Shown here in pieces: positions 17,839 through 26,706 of a stretch of 64,000 nucleotides of DNA. A program made the translations under genes and the position numbers. Numbering within the stretch: the stretch's first letter is position 1; each line of letters begins with the position of its first letter. The notes under the pieces were generated by a model that was not told where the DNA came from, made no database searches, and saw nothing but the letters and a program-made list of their open reading frames with translations. Source of the DNA: an uncultured bacterium (lineage in GTDB: Bacteria > Chlamydiota > Chlamydiia > Chlamydiales > JAAZZY01); the NCBI GenBank assembly GCA_964612505.1, contig CAZTEX010000010.1, forward strand, positions 2,274 through 66,273, read 5' to 3'.

Positions 17839-19695
17839 TCAGTTTAGTATGCCTACCGATTGATAAGAATCAAATCCAGATGGTTGAATTATTTGATAAC
17901 TACTCCATAGATTATAAAATAGACCTTTTAAAGAAATTAGATATTCAAAAGTACCATTTTCAATTATTTTACCATCATGCAAAACTAAAATGTTATCAGC
18001 GTAAATAATCGTGTTTAATCGATGGGCTATAATTACTTTAGTTGTATTTGGACGAAACTTATAAATAAAATCCATAATTTTTCTTTCAGTATAAAAGTCC
18101 AAAAATGAAGTTGCTTCATCTAAAATAAGTAAAGATTTCATTTTTAACAAAGCACGAGCTAAAGCTATCCTTTGTTTTTCTCCACCAGAGATTTTGTATC
18201 CTCTTTCTCCTATAGTCGTGTTTAATTTATCAGGCAATCCATATGCAAAATCATAAATACAGCACCCTCTAAGTGCATTATCAATTTCTTCATTTGATAT
18301 GTTACCTAAGCCATAAGTAAGGTTGTAAAGCAGAGAATCATTGAACATGCAATTATCTTGCTGTACAACAGAGAAAATAGAAGCTAAAGAAGCATGTGTG
18401 TATTGAGTTAATTCTTGCTCATCCAGTTCAATAGTTCCGTTATTTAACTCATATAAACGCAAAAGAAGCTTAGTCAAAGTAGACTTTCCAGAACCAGTTA
18501 ATCCTACTATTGCAGTCGTTGAGCCAGCAGGAATAGTAAAAGAAAGATTTTTTAAAAGTAACTTATTATCAAGATAGCCAAAAGAAACATTTTTGAAAGC
18601 AATTTGTCCTTTGATAATTTTGGAATGTTTTTCTGCAAAATCAATATCAGGTTCATTTGCGTTATTATTAATAAGTTCTATTCCCTTTTTGATGCTATTT
18701 AAGCCTTCATTGGTTTTTTGGATTTGATTTCCCAATGTTATTAAAGGAATTGCAAATTGTATAAGATAGCCGTGAATGATAAAAAAATCATTACATTGGA
18801 TGGAGTGATTTGAAAAATCAAGAGAGGCTTTATAGATAAATATAAGATAGCAGCAACCAATAATGAAGGCTTGTAATAACCGATTGATAGAAGTTATGTA
18901 ACGGTTAGATACAGCTGCTTTTTTTTGCTTTTCAAGCTGCTGATCTAGTTTCGTAAATTCGTGATCGTATGTGTAATTAAATTTTATATTTTGAAAATTA
19001 ATCAACGAATCGGAAATTTTTATATAAGTTTTGGTTGTTTCCTTTGTTAATTCGCTCAAAACTGTAATTGTTTTTAGTGAAAAAAGAGCAGTACATAAAC
19101 AATAAATACAAAAAGTTAAAATTAATCCAAGTCCATAGAATATTCCATAAAAGTATGTCAAAATCATGCTTACAATAATCAGCTCTAAAAAAGTAGGTAT
19201 ATTGTAAAAAAATAACCACCAAAAGATTTCTGGCAAATTTCGCTGTATTTGAAAAATTAAGCTTGAAAGTTCTCCTAATTTTTTATTCAGCAGGTTTTGA
19301 TAGGAAAGCAAATATATTTTCTTTATCACCCTTAAAACAAATTTTTTGGATGCCTGCTCGATAACTTTGTGCATTAGCATTTCTCTAATAATGCGGATTA
19401 CACGATTGAAAATCCAACAGGCTCCATAAAATATGATAATCTGAGAAAAAAGAGATCTTTTTAAGTTATCTGTATAAACAAAGCTATGGCGGAGTAAGAG
19501 AGGTAAAGAAACATTTAAAGAAATAGAAAGGATTATAATGAAAAAACTAATAGTTTTATTTAATTTTTGACCTTTGTTTTCATTAAAAATGATGAAAAAA
19601 ACTTCTTTGTAAATAGCAAAGTGTGTACCAATATTTTGGATAAGCTGTTTTAAATAACTTAATTTGTGATCTGCTTTTGTAGTGTTTGCTTTCAA
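17839..19695 (-). CDS. ABC exporter, fused TMD-NBD, Atm1/HMT-1-like
   Basis: Six-TM domain with FYNIPTFLE (Atm1-like FNIxPTxxE), Walker A GLTGSGKST, signature ISGGEKQR, Walker B LILDEATS, IAHRL. Confidence 0.88.
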   Translation of the reverse strand: MKANTTKADHKLSYLKQLIQNIGTHFAIYKEVFFIIFNENKGQKLNKTISFFIIILSISLNVSLPLLLRHSFVYTDNLKRSLFSQIIIFYGACWIFNRVIRIIREMLMHKVIEQASKKFVLRVIKKIYLLSYQNLLNKKLGELSSLIFQIQRNLPEIFWWLFFYNIPTFLELIIVSMILTYFYGIFYGLGLILTFCIYCLCTALFSLKTITVLSELTKETTKTYIKISDSLINFQNIKFNYTYDHEFTKLDQQLEKQKKAAVSNRYITSINRLLQAFIIGCCYLIFIYKASLDFSNHSIQCNDFFIIHGYLIQFAIPLITLGNQIQKTNEGLNSIKKGIELINNNANEPDIDFAEKHSKIIKGQIAFKNVSFGYLDNKLLLKNLSFTIPAGSTTAIVGLTGSGKSTLTKLLLRLYELNNGTIELDEQELTQYTHASLASIFSVVQQDNCMFNDSLLYNLTYGLGNISNEEIDNALRGCCIYDFAYGLPDKLNTTIGERGYKISGGEKQRIALARALLKMKSLLILDEATSFLDFYTERKIMDFIYKFRPNTTKVIIAHRLNTIIYADNILVLHDGKIIENGTFEYLISLKGLFYNLWSSYQIIQPSGFDSYQSVGILN

Positions 19696-20183
19696 CGTTT
19701 CTTACATCTAGTTTAAAATAATTTAAAAAGTAGCTTATTTTAGTGATTTCACTGATCTCAATCATTGATTAAATCAGGTTCTATTCTGCTCTTATCTCTA
19801 ATTTTAGAAAATTTTAATAAATAATGTAATTTGAGAGACGGTACGAATTGGTCTCCCATGTCTTTATCTTTTAAATTTTTTAAAATAAATATACTATACC
19901 TTAAAAGTGATGATAACTAAATGAATAAGAGTTACTTTAGCTATAAAATCAAAAAAAAGATTTCGTTCGCAACTTTTGATTGACGATTTGTGCAACACCT
20001 ATTGACCCCTATAAATAATCTATCGAAAAATCAGGAAACTGATTATTTGTTTATATTAAATGACTTAGGTTTATTAGTTTTTGCTAAAGAGCCAATTTTT
20101 AGATAGCTTTTATGTAAAAAAACAAATAAATTAGCCGCGCATTTTTGCATCTTTAGGATATAATTGAGAGGAGAAGGCATTGC

Positions 20184-21179
20184 ATGGCTTATTTTTTTAT
20201 CAGTAGATTTAAGAATTTGTTTTTATTTGCATTGATCATAAACCAATTTCTTTTCAGTGAAGTTAATCGCCCAGAACCCATTTACAATCCTCTTGCAGAT
20301 ATCGAAAAGCATGTCAGTCAAATTCTTCAAACAAGTGGTTCTTCCTCTTTATCATTTCACCCCTTAAGTTTTAGAGAAGCCTTTGAAGGAAACTGGCCCT
20401 CTACTGAGAAGGAATTTTTTAATGATTCGGGGGTAATTCTATTAGAAAGAAACTTCAGCCGTTTTGTTGAGAAAATCCAATCTTCAAGCTCACAAGAGCA
20501 TCAATTATTAATACCAAAGATTGTTCACTTTATTTGGCTTGGATCTTCTTTACCGACAAAAGCTGATTTAACAATACAATCTTGGCAAAAATATCATCCT
20601 GATTGGAAGATTATGATTTGGACAGATCGCGAAGTTGCAAACTTAAACTGGACAACTCCTCATTCAGCAATGTTTTATCAAGAAGCTCGAAACTGGTCTG
20701 AAAAATCTGATATTTTACGCTTTGAATTATTATATCAATATGGAGGGATTTATACAGATACAGACATGGTTTGTCTTCGATCCTTTGAGCCTATCCTATC
20801 TACAGACGTTTCATTTTTTGCAGGATTTGAAGGAAATAAAATTAAACGATTTGGAAGGCCGCTCATCGGTAGCGCCATTATTGGATCTGTAAAAGGGCAT
20901 CCCATACTTTTAAAAAGTATGAAATACTCTTTAACGCAAAGTGAAGCCCCTTCTATTAATCAATATATTAGATCCGGCCCAGGTTCAATTACAAAAGCTT
21001 GCTATGAATATTTAAATGAAACTGAAAACACCGATACCCTCATTTTCCCTTGCTCATATTTTTATCCTTTGCCTTGGGAAGCTCGGCTTTCTTCTTCTAC
21101 AGAAATATTGCAATACTTAGGACGTGAAGCACATTCTATTCATTTATGGGAAGGAACTTGGTATAACTCTTTTGAGTAA
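20184..21179 (+). CDS. DxD glycosyltransferase (GT32/Gly_transf_sug-like) with N-terminal hydrophobic leader
   Basis: IPKIVHFIWLGS, SDILRFELLYQYGGIYTDTD, HLWEGTW. Confidence 0.85.
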   Translation: MAYFFISRFKNLFLFALIINQFLFSEVNRPEPIYNPLADIEKHVSQILQTSGSSSLSFHPLSFREAFEGNWPSTEKEFFNDSGVILLERNFSRFVEKIQSSSSQEHQLLIPKIVHFIWLGSSLPTKADLTIQSWQKYHPDWKIMIWTDREVANLNWTTPHSAMFYQEARNWSEKSDILRFELLYQYGGIYTDTDMVCLRSFEPILSTDVSFFAGFEGNKIKRFGRPLIGSAIIGSVKGHPILLKSMKYSLTQSEAPSINQYIRSGPGSITKACYEYLNETENTDTLIFPCSYFYPLPWEARLSSSTEILQYLGREAHSIHLWEGTWYNSFE

Positions 21180-21198
21180 AAGAAGAAAAACTTTTACA

Positions 21199-23637
21199 TC
21201 ACAATGAGTTTAATTGTTTTATGTAAGTTGCAATACAATTGAGCATGTTATTTGCCTTAATAAAATCATTGGATAGAGTGCTTTTTTTCAAATTTTGTAT
21301 GGCCCAAGTCACGAATTCCAAGTGACTAAATTGAACGATCTTTTCAAGATGCTTTTTTTCTAAAGCTGTAAGATTTTTATGATTTTTCCCGTAAGTGTTG
21401 TTAATAAATGAAAGTAAGAGATCATTTTTCAAAAGCTTACAATAGTCATTAAAACCCCCATACCGAAAATAAGAGGCCAAATCCAACAGCCTTACATCCT
21501 GACGAATACTGTCTAAATCAACAAAGTAAGTGTTTTGATGATTGACAATGACATTTGTCTGATTATTGTCTCCGTGAATAATTTCTTTAGGAAGTTTTGC
21601 ATAGATTTCTTGAAATTCAGAAGAAGCAAAATATTTACCTAATTCTAAAACTGTTCCCCACTCTTTCCCAGCAAAGATTTCTCCATAATTTTCTTTGAGC
21701 CATGGGTCAAAAAGGATCTGATAACGAGAAAGATATTCATCCAACTTAGAAAGTTTGAGATTATCTGGAGGGGTTATTAAACTTGAAAAATGATGAAATA
21801 ACCCTGTCATAAGAAGCATTTGATCAAATGCAATGTCCTTTTTTTGGGATAATAAAAATTCTGTACAATAATAAAATGCATCTCCGATTTTAGAGACGAA
21901 ATTTTGATGAATATTTTGATAAATTTGAGGTAAATGAGAAAAGCCCATTGAACTCATTTGATTTAAGATAGCTAACTTGCTTTCGGCTAATTGCAGATTA
22001 TTTTGCACTAATTTAAGAACGCCTAGTGGTTTATCTATAGAATTAAAAACTCCAATCGGTGGGTTGACCATTCCTTCACCAATTTCTTTTAAAACCAATT
22101 CTTCATTTGTTGAGAACAATGAGCTTAATTCATTTTGATGCTCAGTCAAATTTTTTAAGGAAGATGAAAGTTGTTTATGATGACAATACTTCACTCTTTG
22201 AAAGATTCGATTTAAATTATGTACTAAGTTATTTCGAAAATTGTATTTATTCTGAATCAATTCTTTGCCGTTTTGAACTATTTCTTTTTTGCTTTTCTCT
22301 GGCATTTCTAAGATCATTTGTGAACAGGTCAAGAGCTTTTGTAAGGAGAGGCAACAATTCATTGGTTGTTTAATAATGACGTCAAGGCCGTCTAGTTCAG
22401 AGATAAAGCCATCGATGTTATGGTTGATTTGTATTCCAACCCCTCCTCGATTGCTTGCTAAAAGGATGCAGTTATTGGGGTTTGCTCTTGCTTCCATTAC
22501 AGTTAATGGTTGTGTGTCTACTCGAGACAACACCCAAACCATGGAAGTTTTTGGCCACTGATAGATATAACGATCTAAGTCTGGTTCAAAGTAGTCTAAT
22601 AATGTGACATCTAACTGTTCATTTTTAATTCTATTTCTGAGCATGTCAATATATTCAGGCATATAGTCAGAAGGTGGGGCTAACATAACAAGATGAATGT
22701 CTGGGTAGAGAGGCCTTAAATGTTGATATAACTCTAAAACAATATCTTGCCCTTTTAAGGGAGTTGCTCTTCCAATAGAAAATATCAGCCTTTTGTTTAA
22801 TGGAATAGAGCGTTTTGCAAGTTCTAATTGTATCGAGTCGTATGAAAGTGTCTCATAGTATTTATCATATAAAATTCCGGTTGCAAAATGCATGAGTCTA
22901 TTTTCAGGAAGATTGAAAGGAAAAGAAGTTAATTCATTTTTTATATTCTCATTAATATACCCAATCTCAAAATCACATATTTCAGCATGTTGAAATCCCT
23001 TAAGTTCCCATTGATGTCTTTCTGGCCATTTTGGATCTCCTTCGCTGGTATGGCCGTTATAGCTCCAACTTGTTGCGTGAGGAATAACCAGTACTTTGTA
23101 TTTGCCACGGATATCACCACTCGCTTGTAGGCGGTGTAATGCAATGGGTACTTGAGCAAAAGCTGTATCATGGCAAATAATGAGTGTAAAAAGACTTTCA
23201 TTAATGATATTAGCGATTAAAGGGGCGCTATTATAGCATAGATCTTGCCATTGATCGGGATCCCCAAACATTTGATCATTTTTGATGCTATCAAGTAAAT
23301 AGACTTTGCCGCCAGTTGCATGACAAATGAGCTGATTATTTTCTAGGACGTCATTAGAAAATTCAGGCAACTCATGAGAATAATTGCATGTCATCAGATT
23401 TAAATTAAAATGAACTTTATTTATATATGTATCATTCATTTCACAAATAATTTGATTAATATTTTGGACTACTGTCCCTACACCTGTTTGCATAGTATTA
23501 ATCCCATCAAATGCCAGTTGAATAAATGTAATTTTTTGAGAAGGAATTGATTGTAAATCTAATGGAACTGTCTGATCGTTATTTCCTTCAGCATTTAATG
23601 AAAACACAAGAAGGGCTAAAACAAGGAATTTAAACAT
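21199..23637 (-). CDS. Exported GT-B (GT4-like) glycosyltransferase fused to an APH/choline-kinase-like phosphotransferase
   Basis: Signal peptide MFKFLVLALLVFSLNA; GT-B motifs IGRATPLKG and SRVDTQPLTVMEA; kinase motifs VLK, IIHGDNNQTN and FVDLD. Confidence 0.75.
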   Translation of the reverse strand: MFKFLVLALLVFSLNAEGNNDQTVPLDLQSIPSQKITFIQLAFDGINTMQTGVGTVVQNINQIICEMNDTYINKVHFNLNLMTCNYSHELPEFSNDVLENNQLICHATGGKVYLLDSIKNDQMFGDPDQWQDLCYNSAPLIANIINESLFTLIICHDTAFAQVPIALHRLQASGDIRGKYKVLVIPHATSWSYNGHTSEGDPKWPERHQWELKGFQHAEICDFEIGYINENIKNELTSFPFNLPENRLMHFATGILYDKYYETLSYDSIQLELAKRSIPLNKRLIFSIGRATPLKGQDIVLELYQHLRPLYPDIHLVMLAPPSDYMPEYIDMLRNRIKNEQLDVTLLDYFEPDLDRYIYQWPKTSMVWVLSRVDTQPLTVMEARANPNNCILLASNRGGVGIQINHNIDGFISELDGLDVIIKQPMNCCLSLQKLLTCSQMILEMPEKSKKEIVQNGKELIQNKYNFRNNLVHNLNRIFQRVKYCHHKQLSSSLKNLTEHQNELSSLFSTNEELVLKEIGEGMVNPPIGVFNSIDKPLGVLKLVQNNLQLAESKLAILNQMSSMGFSHLPQIYQNIHQNFVSKIGDAFYYCTEFLLSQKKDIAFDQMLLMTGLFHHFSSLITPPDNLKLSKLDEYLSRYQILFDPWLKENYGEIFAGKEWGTVLELGKYFASSEFQEIYAKLPKEIIHGDNNQTNVIVNHQNTYFVDLDSIRQDVRLLDLASYFRYGGFNDYCKLLKNDLLLSFINNTYGKNHKNLTALEKKHLEKIVQFSHLEFVTWAIQNLKKSTLSNDFIKANNMLNCIATYIKQLNSL

Positions 23638-23661
23638 TGTAGATACCTGTATATAATATTA

Positions 23662-24827
23662 TTAAAAAGTGCATTCTTGAGTTGAGCACTGCTTGCAAAG
23701 CAAGTGCTTCATAGCTTCAGCTACGAGATGTTTTTGAAAAAGATGTGCAAAAGTATAGATTTTCTTATTTTCATCTTTACTAGTACTGAAAAGCAAAAAA
23801 ACGGAATCGTTTATCATCTTTTCGCAATTTTCAGCTGAGTTTAACTCTTCATATATCAAAAAATTCGAGTAGTTATTTAATTGAAAATTTCCAAATTGTT
23901 CAATGCACATCAATTCATGATGTAAGGGTAATTGTTGGTTTGAGAAGAGCAAAAAATGATGGATCCAATCGAAGCCTTTTCTGTACAACTTATCCACAAT
24001 TTCAACATCCCAAGCAGCGATGCCTCGACATTCCTGTTTACTTCTTTGTCTACTTGTCGTAATTCTATGTAATCTATATTCAAAAGGAAATTGTTCATTT
24101 AGAAATAAATCAATGGGGTTTTCTTTTCCCTCTTCTAGAAAAAAATGAGATTTGCCTGTTGAGTCTAATTGGACTATATCCCATACATGATCAACTGGAT
24201 TTTTGAAAAAAAAACAGGGGCTACATGACCCTCTCCAAAAACGGTTGAAATAAAAGATGAATGATCAAAACTTTCTTTTTTTAAAGTTTTGAAATCAATA
24301 AAGCTTGGGGCACGCATCTTAAGCAGCTCATCCATTTGGAATAAGATGCTGGGAGATAGTCTATGTGATTTCTCAGAGGGGGGGAAGCCGCTTTTTTGAA
24401 ATGGAGGTAGTTGTAATAAATCAATAAGGGCAAAATAGCTTTTATCAACCAATCCTTTAGAATCATCTTTGATAAAGTAGCTTTGTTGTTCAAATGCCTC
24501 AATAACTTCTAGTTGTTCCATGATTGATAAATGGTAAAACCAATCTAAATTGGACAGATCTCCTTCTAAATAGCCTCGTGTTAAAGAGATTATTTTTTCA
24601 TTAGTAGTTGAGTTTTTAGCTATATAAATAGTTTCACTAGAATCCCGTTTTAAATAGGTAATCGTTTCAACTTTGGTAATGGGCTCTTCTTGAGCATATG
24701 CAAGATTTCCAATCACAGCATTCAATATGATAAGAAGAGGCAGTTGAAAAAATTTATTTTTATACATTTCTTTTTTTTGTGGGTAGAAAGAAATCAAACC
24801 AAGTTCCCTCCCATAAATGCACAGCAA
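23662..24827 (-). pseudogene. Frameshifted YopJ/CE-clan-like protein (two listed ORFs joined across a T9 tract)
   Basis: Adding one T to the minus-strand T9 run (plus-strand A9 at 24206-24214) gives a continuous frame from the 24174..24827 ORF into the 23662..23997 ORF, containing GEGHVAPV...QLDSTG...RQRSKQEC. Confidence 0.65.
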
Positions 24828-25770
24828 ATGACTCTGGTTTAATTACTTTTAATAAGTCTTCTGCAGAGGTCAATCTCTCTCTCCAATATAAGGGATAGAA
24901 ATATGAACACGGGAAAATAATAACATCCTTATTCTCTATATTTAATAGAGCGTCATAGCAGCCATCACTAAGTATGCCTGGCCCTGAACGGATAGTTTGT
25001 GGATCATCCGGAGCCTCTTTTGAAGTTTTGCAATGATCAATGCAATATTTCAAAATGGGACTGTGAGGTTCGGCGCCAAATACAGCACTTCCGATGAGAG
25101 GGCGACCATAATTGCTGTTGATCTCGTTATTTTCAAAACCAGCAAAAAATGAGATGCCATCTGATGAAATAAGAGAATCAAAAGATTTTAAACATACCAT
25201 ATCGATATCGGCATAAATCCCCCCATATTGATAGAGGATTTCATATCGTAAAATATTTGCTTTTTCAGACCAGTTTACCCCATTGTCATAGCATAACTTT
25301 GAATGAGGGTTAGACCACTCAAAATTTTCTACATCTTTTTCATCCCAGACTTTGATTTTCCAATAAGGATTGTGTTTTTTCCATGAATCGATAACTAGCT
25401 GCACTTCTTCATTAACAGGCGATCCTAACCAAATAAAATGAACCAAAGGCGGAATAAAGCCTGAGCCTAACGAAAGCAGATTATTTTCAGCCTTAATACA
25501 ATATTCCGTAAAATTGACAATAGCAGCCTGCACCCCAAGATCTTCTAAGTATTTCTTTGGAATTTCTTTATTATTTATTTGTAGTGATTGTCCGAATGTA
25601 ACGGCAACAAAATCATTATTACTGGGCTCTAATTCCAAAAGTGCTTTAACATTGGATTCAATGCTTTTTAATGGTTTAAAAAGAGGGTTGTCTTCTGTTT
25701 GTAAAGGGTAATAAACAAAAAACAGAGTGATATAAAGTAATATACACACTTTATTTAATTTCAATTTCAT
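24760..25770 (-). CDS. DxD glycosyltransferase (GT32-like), paralog of 20184..21179
   Basis: IPPLVHFIWLGS, ANILRYEILYQYGGIYADID, GRPLIGSA and HLWEGTW shared with the first copy; hydrophobic N-terminus. Confidence 0.85.
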   Translation of the reverse strand: MKLKLNKVCILLYITLFFVYYPLQTEDNPLFKPLKSIESNVKALLELEPSNNDFVAVTFGQSLQINNKEIPKKYLEDLGVQAAIVNFTEYCIKAENNLLSLGSGFIPPLVHFIWLGSPVNEEVQLVIDSWKKHNPYWKIKVWDEKDVENFEWSNPHSKLCYDNGVNWSEKANILRYEILYQYGGIYADIDMVCLKSFDSLISSDGISFFAGFENNEINSNYGRPLIGSAVFGAEPHSPILKYCIDHCKTSKEAPDDPQTIRSGPGILSDGCYDALLNIENKDVIIFPCSYFYPLYWRERLTSAEDLLKVIKPESFAVHLWEGTWFDFFLPTKKRNV

Positions 25771-25936
25771 ACAGTTCTCTCTGGAGGATTCAAAAAGGAA
25801 TTTGATTATAATCTTAAATAAGAATATGTCAAATTAGGTAATAAAAGTTTTTCATCTGGCTTTATTAAAACCTAAGTTTATTGCTTAATTTAAGCACTCG
25901 TTGCTTATGAAAGAAAAATGAAGGTAAGATGAAATA

Positions 25937-26230
25937 TTAAAACTGAGAATAAAAATCTATCTTATCATAAGGCCCATCAGAGGTAAAAGGTTGTCTTGTA
26001 GCTGGGTTTGCAAGAGCCATCAAATTAAGCCCTTTCTGCATTCGAAAACCTCAAAATACCGTTTGCTGGATCGACTCATTCAGGAGAGATCTCTCCTTTT
26101 GGGCATAGCGGCATTGCGGGTTTAGGTGTGTGAATAACTCTTGATAGGGATGTTTCCTTGCGTAATGAGTGTTTCCCAAAGCTGTGAAATATCATTTCTT
26201 AGTAGAAGAACTTCTTCAGTTTGTAATTTT
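25937..26230 (-). pseudogene. Degraded gene remnant of unknown family
   Basis: Protein-like frame YFTALGNTHYARKHPYQELFTHLNPQCRYAQKERSLLNESIQQTVF*GFRMQKGLNLMALANPATRQPFTSDGPYDKIDFYSQF* with one internal stop and no start. Confidence 0.3.
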
Positions 26231-26231
26231 A

Positions 26232-26570
26232 TTAACGATCAGCGGTATTTTTGCCACACGCTAAGAGGATTTCATCTCTGCAATCTAGAATTTTAGTTGA
26301 TGTTTTATAGTAGGTGTCTAACATACAGTTCAAAAATTTACTTTGACATAGCGAAGTATAAGAAGCGTTTTTTAGTATAAAAGAACTTTGGCATTGGTCT
26401 CGATTGTGCTCGCATAGAAATTCCATCCCATAGAGTATAGGCAAATGTTTTGCCATGAATTGATCAACCCATAGAGCTGCATTAGTCATGATAGGAGCGC
26501 AATCCAAGAAGGTATAGGCAGGACAAAAATGGACATTAGCTACTTGTGTACATAATAATCCTATAGCCAT
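26232..26570 (-). CDS. Small Cys-rich hypothetical protein (9 Cys), paralog of 28009..28317
   Basis: AAGGAG RBS; shares CPAYTFxDCAP and AxWxxxF with the paralog. Confidence 0.75.
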   Translation of the reverse strand: MAIGLLCTQVANVHFCPAYTFLDCAPIMTNAALWVDQFMAKHLPILYGMEFLCEHNRDQCQSSFILKNASYTSLCQSKFLNCMLDTYYKTSTKILDCRDEILLACGKNTADR

Positions 26571-26706
26571 AAAAATCTCCTTTAAGGGTTTATAGAAGCG
26601 GCACAGAGTAATTATAACATAATTACTATTAACATATTATAAATAATAGAGTTGGTTTTTATTTTAATATTCCTATGTCAAAAAAAGTGATTATTTTTAA
26701 TAGCCT

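Noticed and set aside
19757-19985. Tiny ORFs in the AT-rich spacer upstream of the ABC exporter
   Set aside because: No RBS, no Cys/Gly core and composition typical of non-coding AT-rich DNA.
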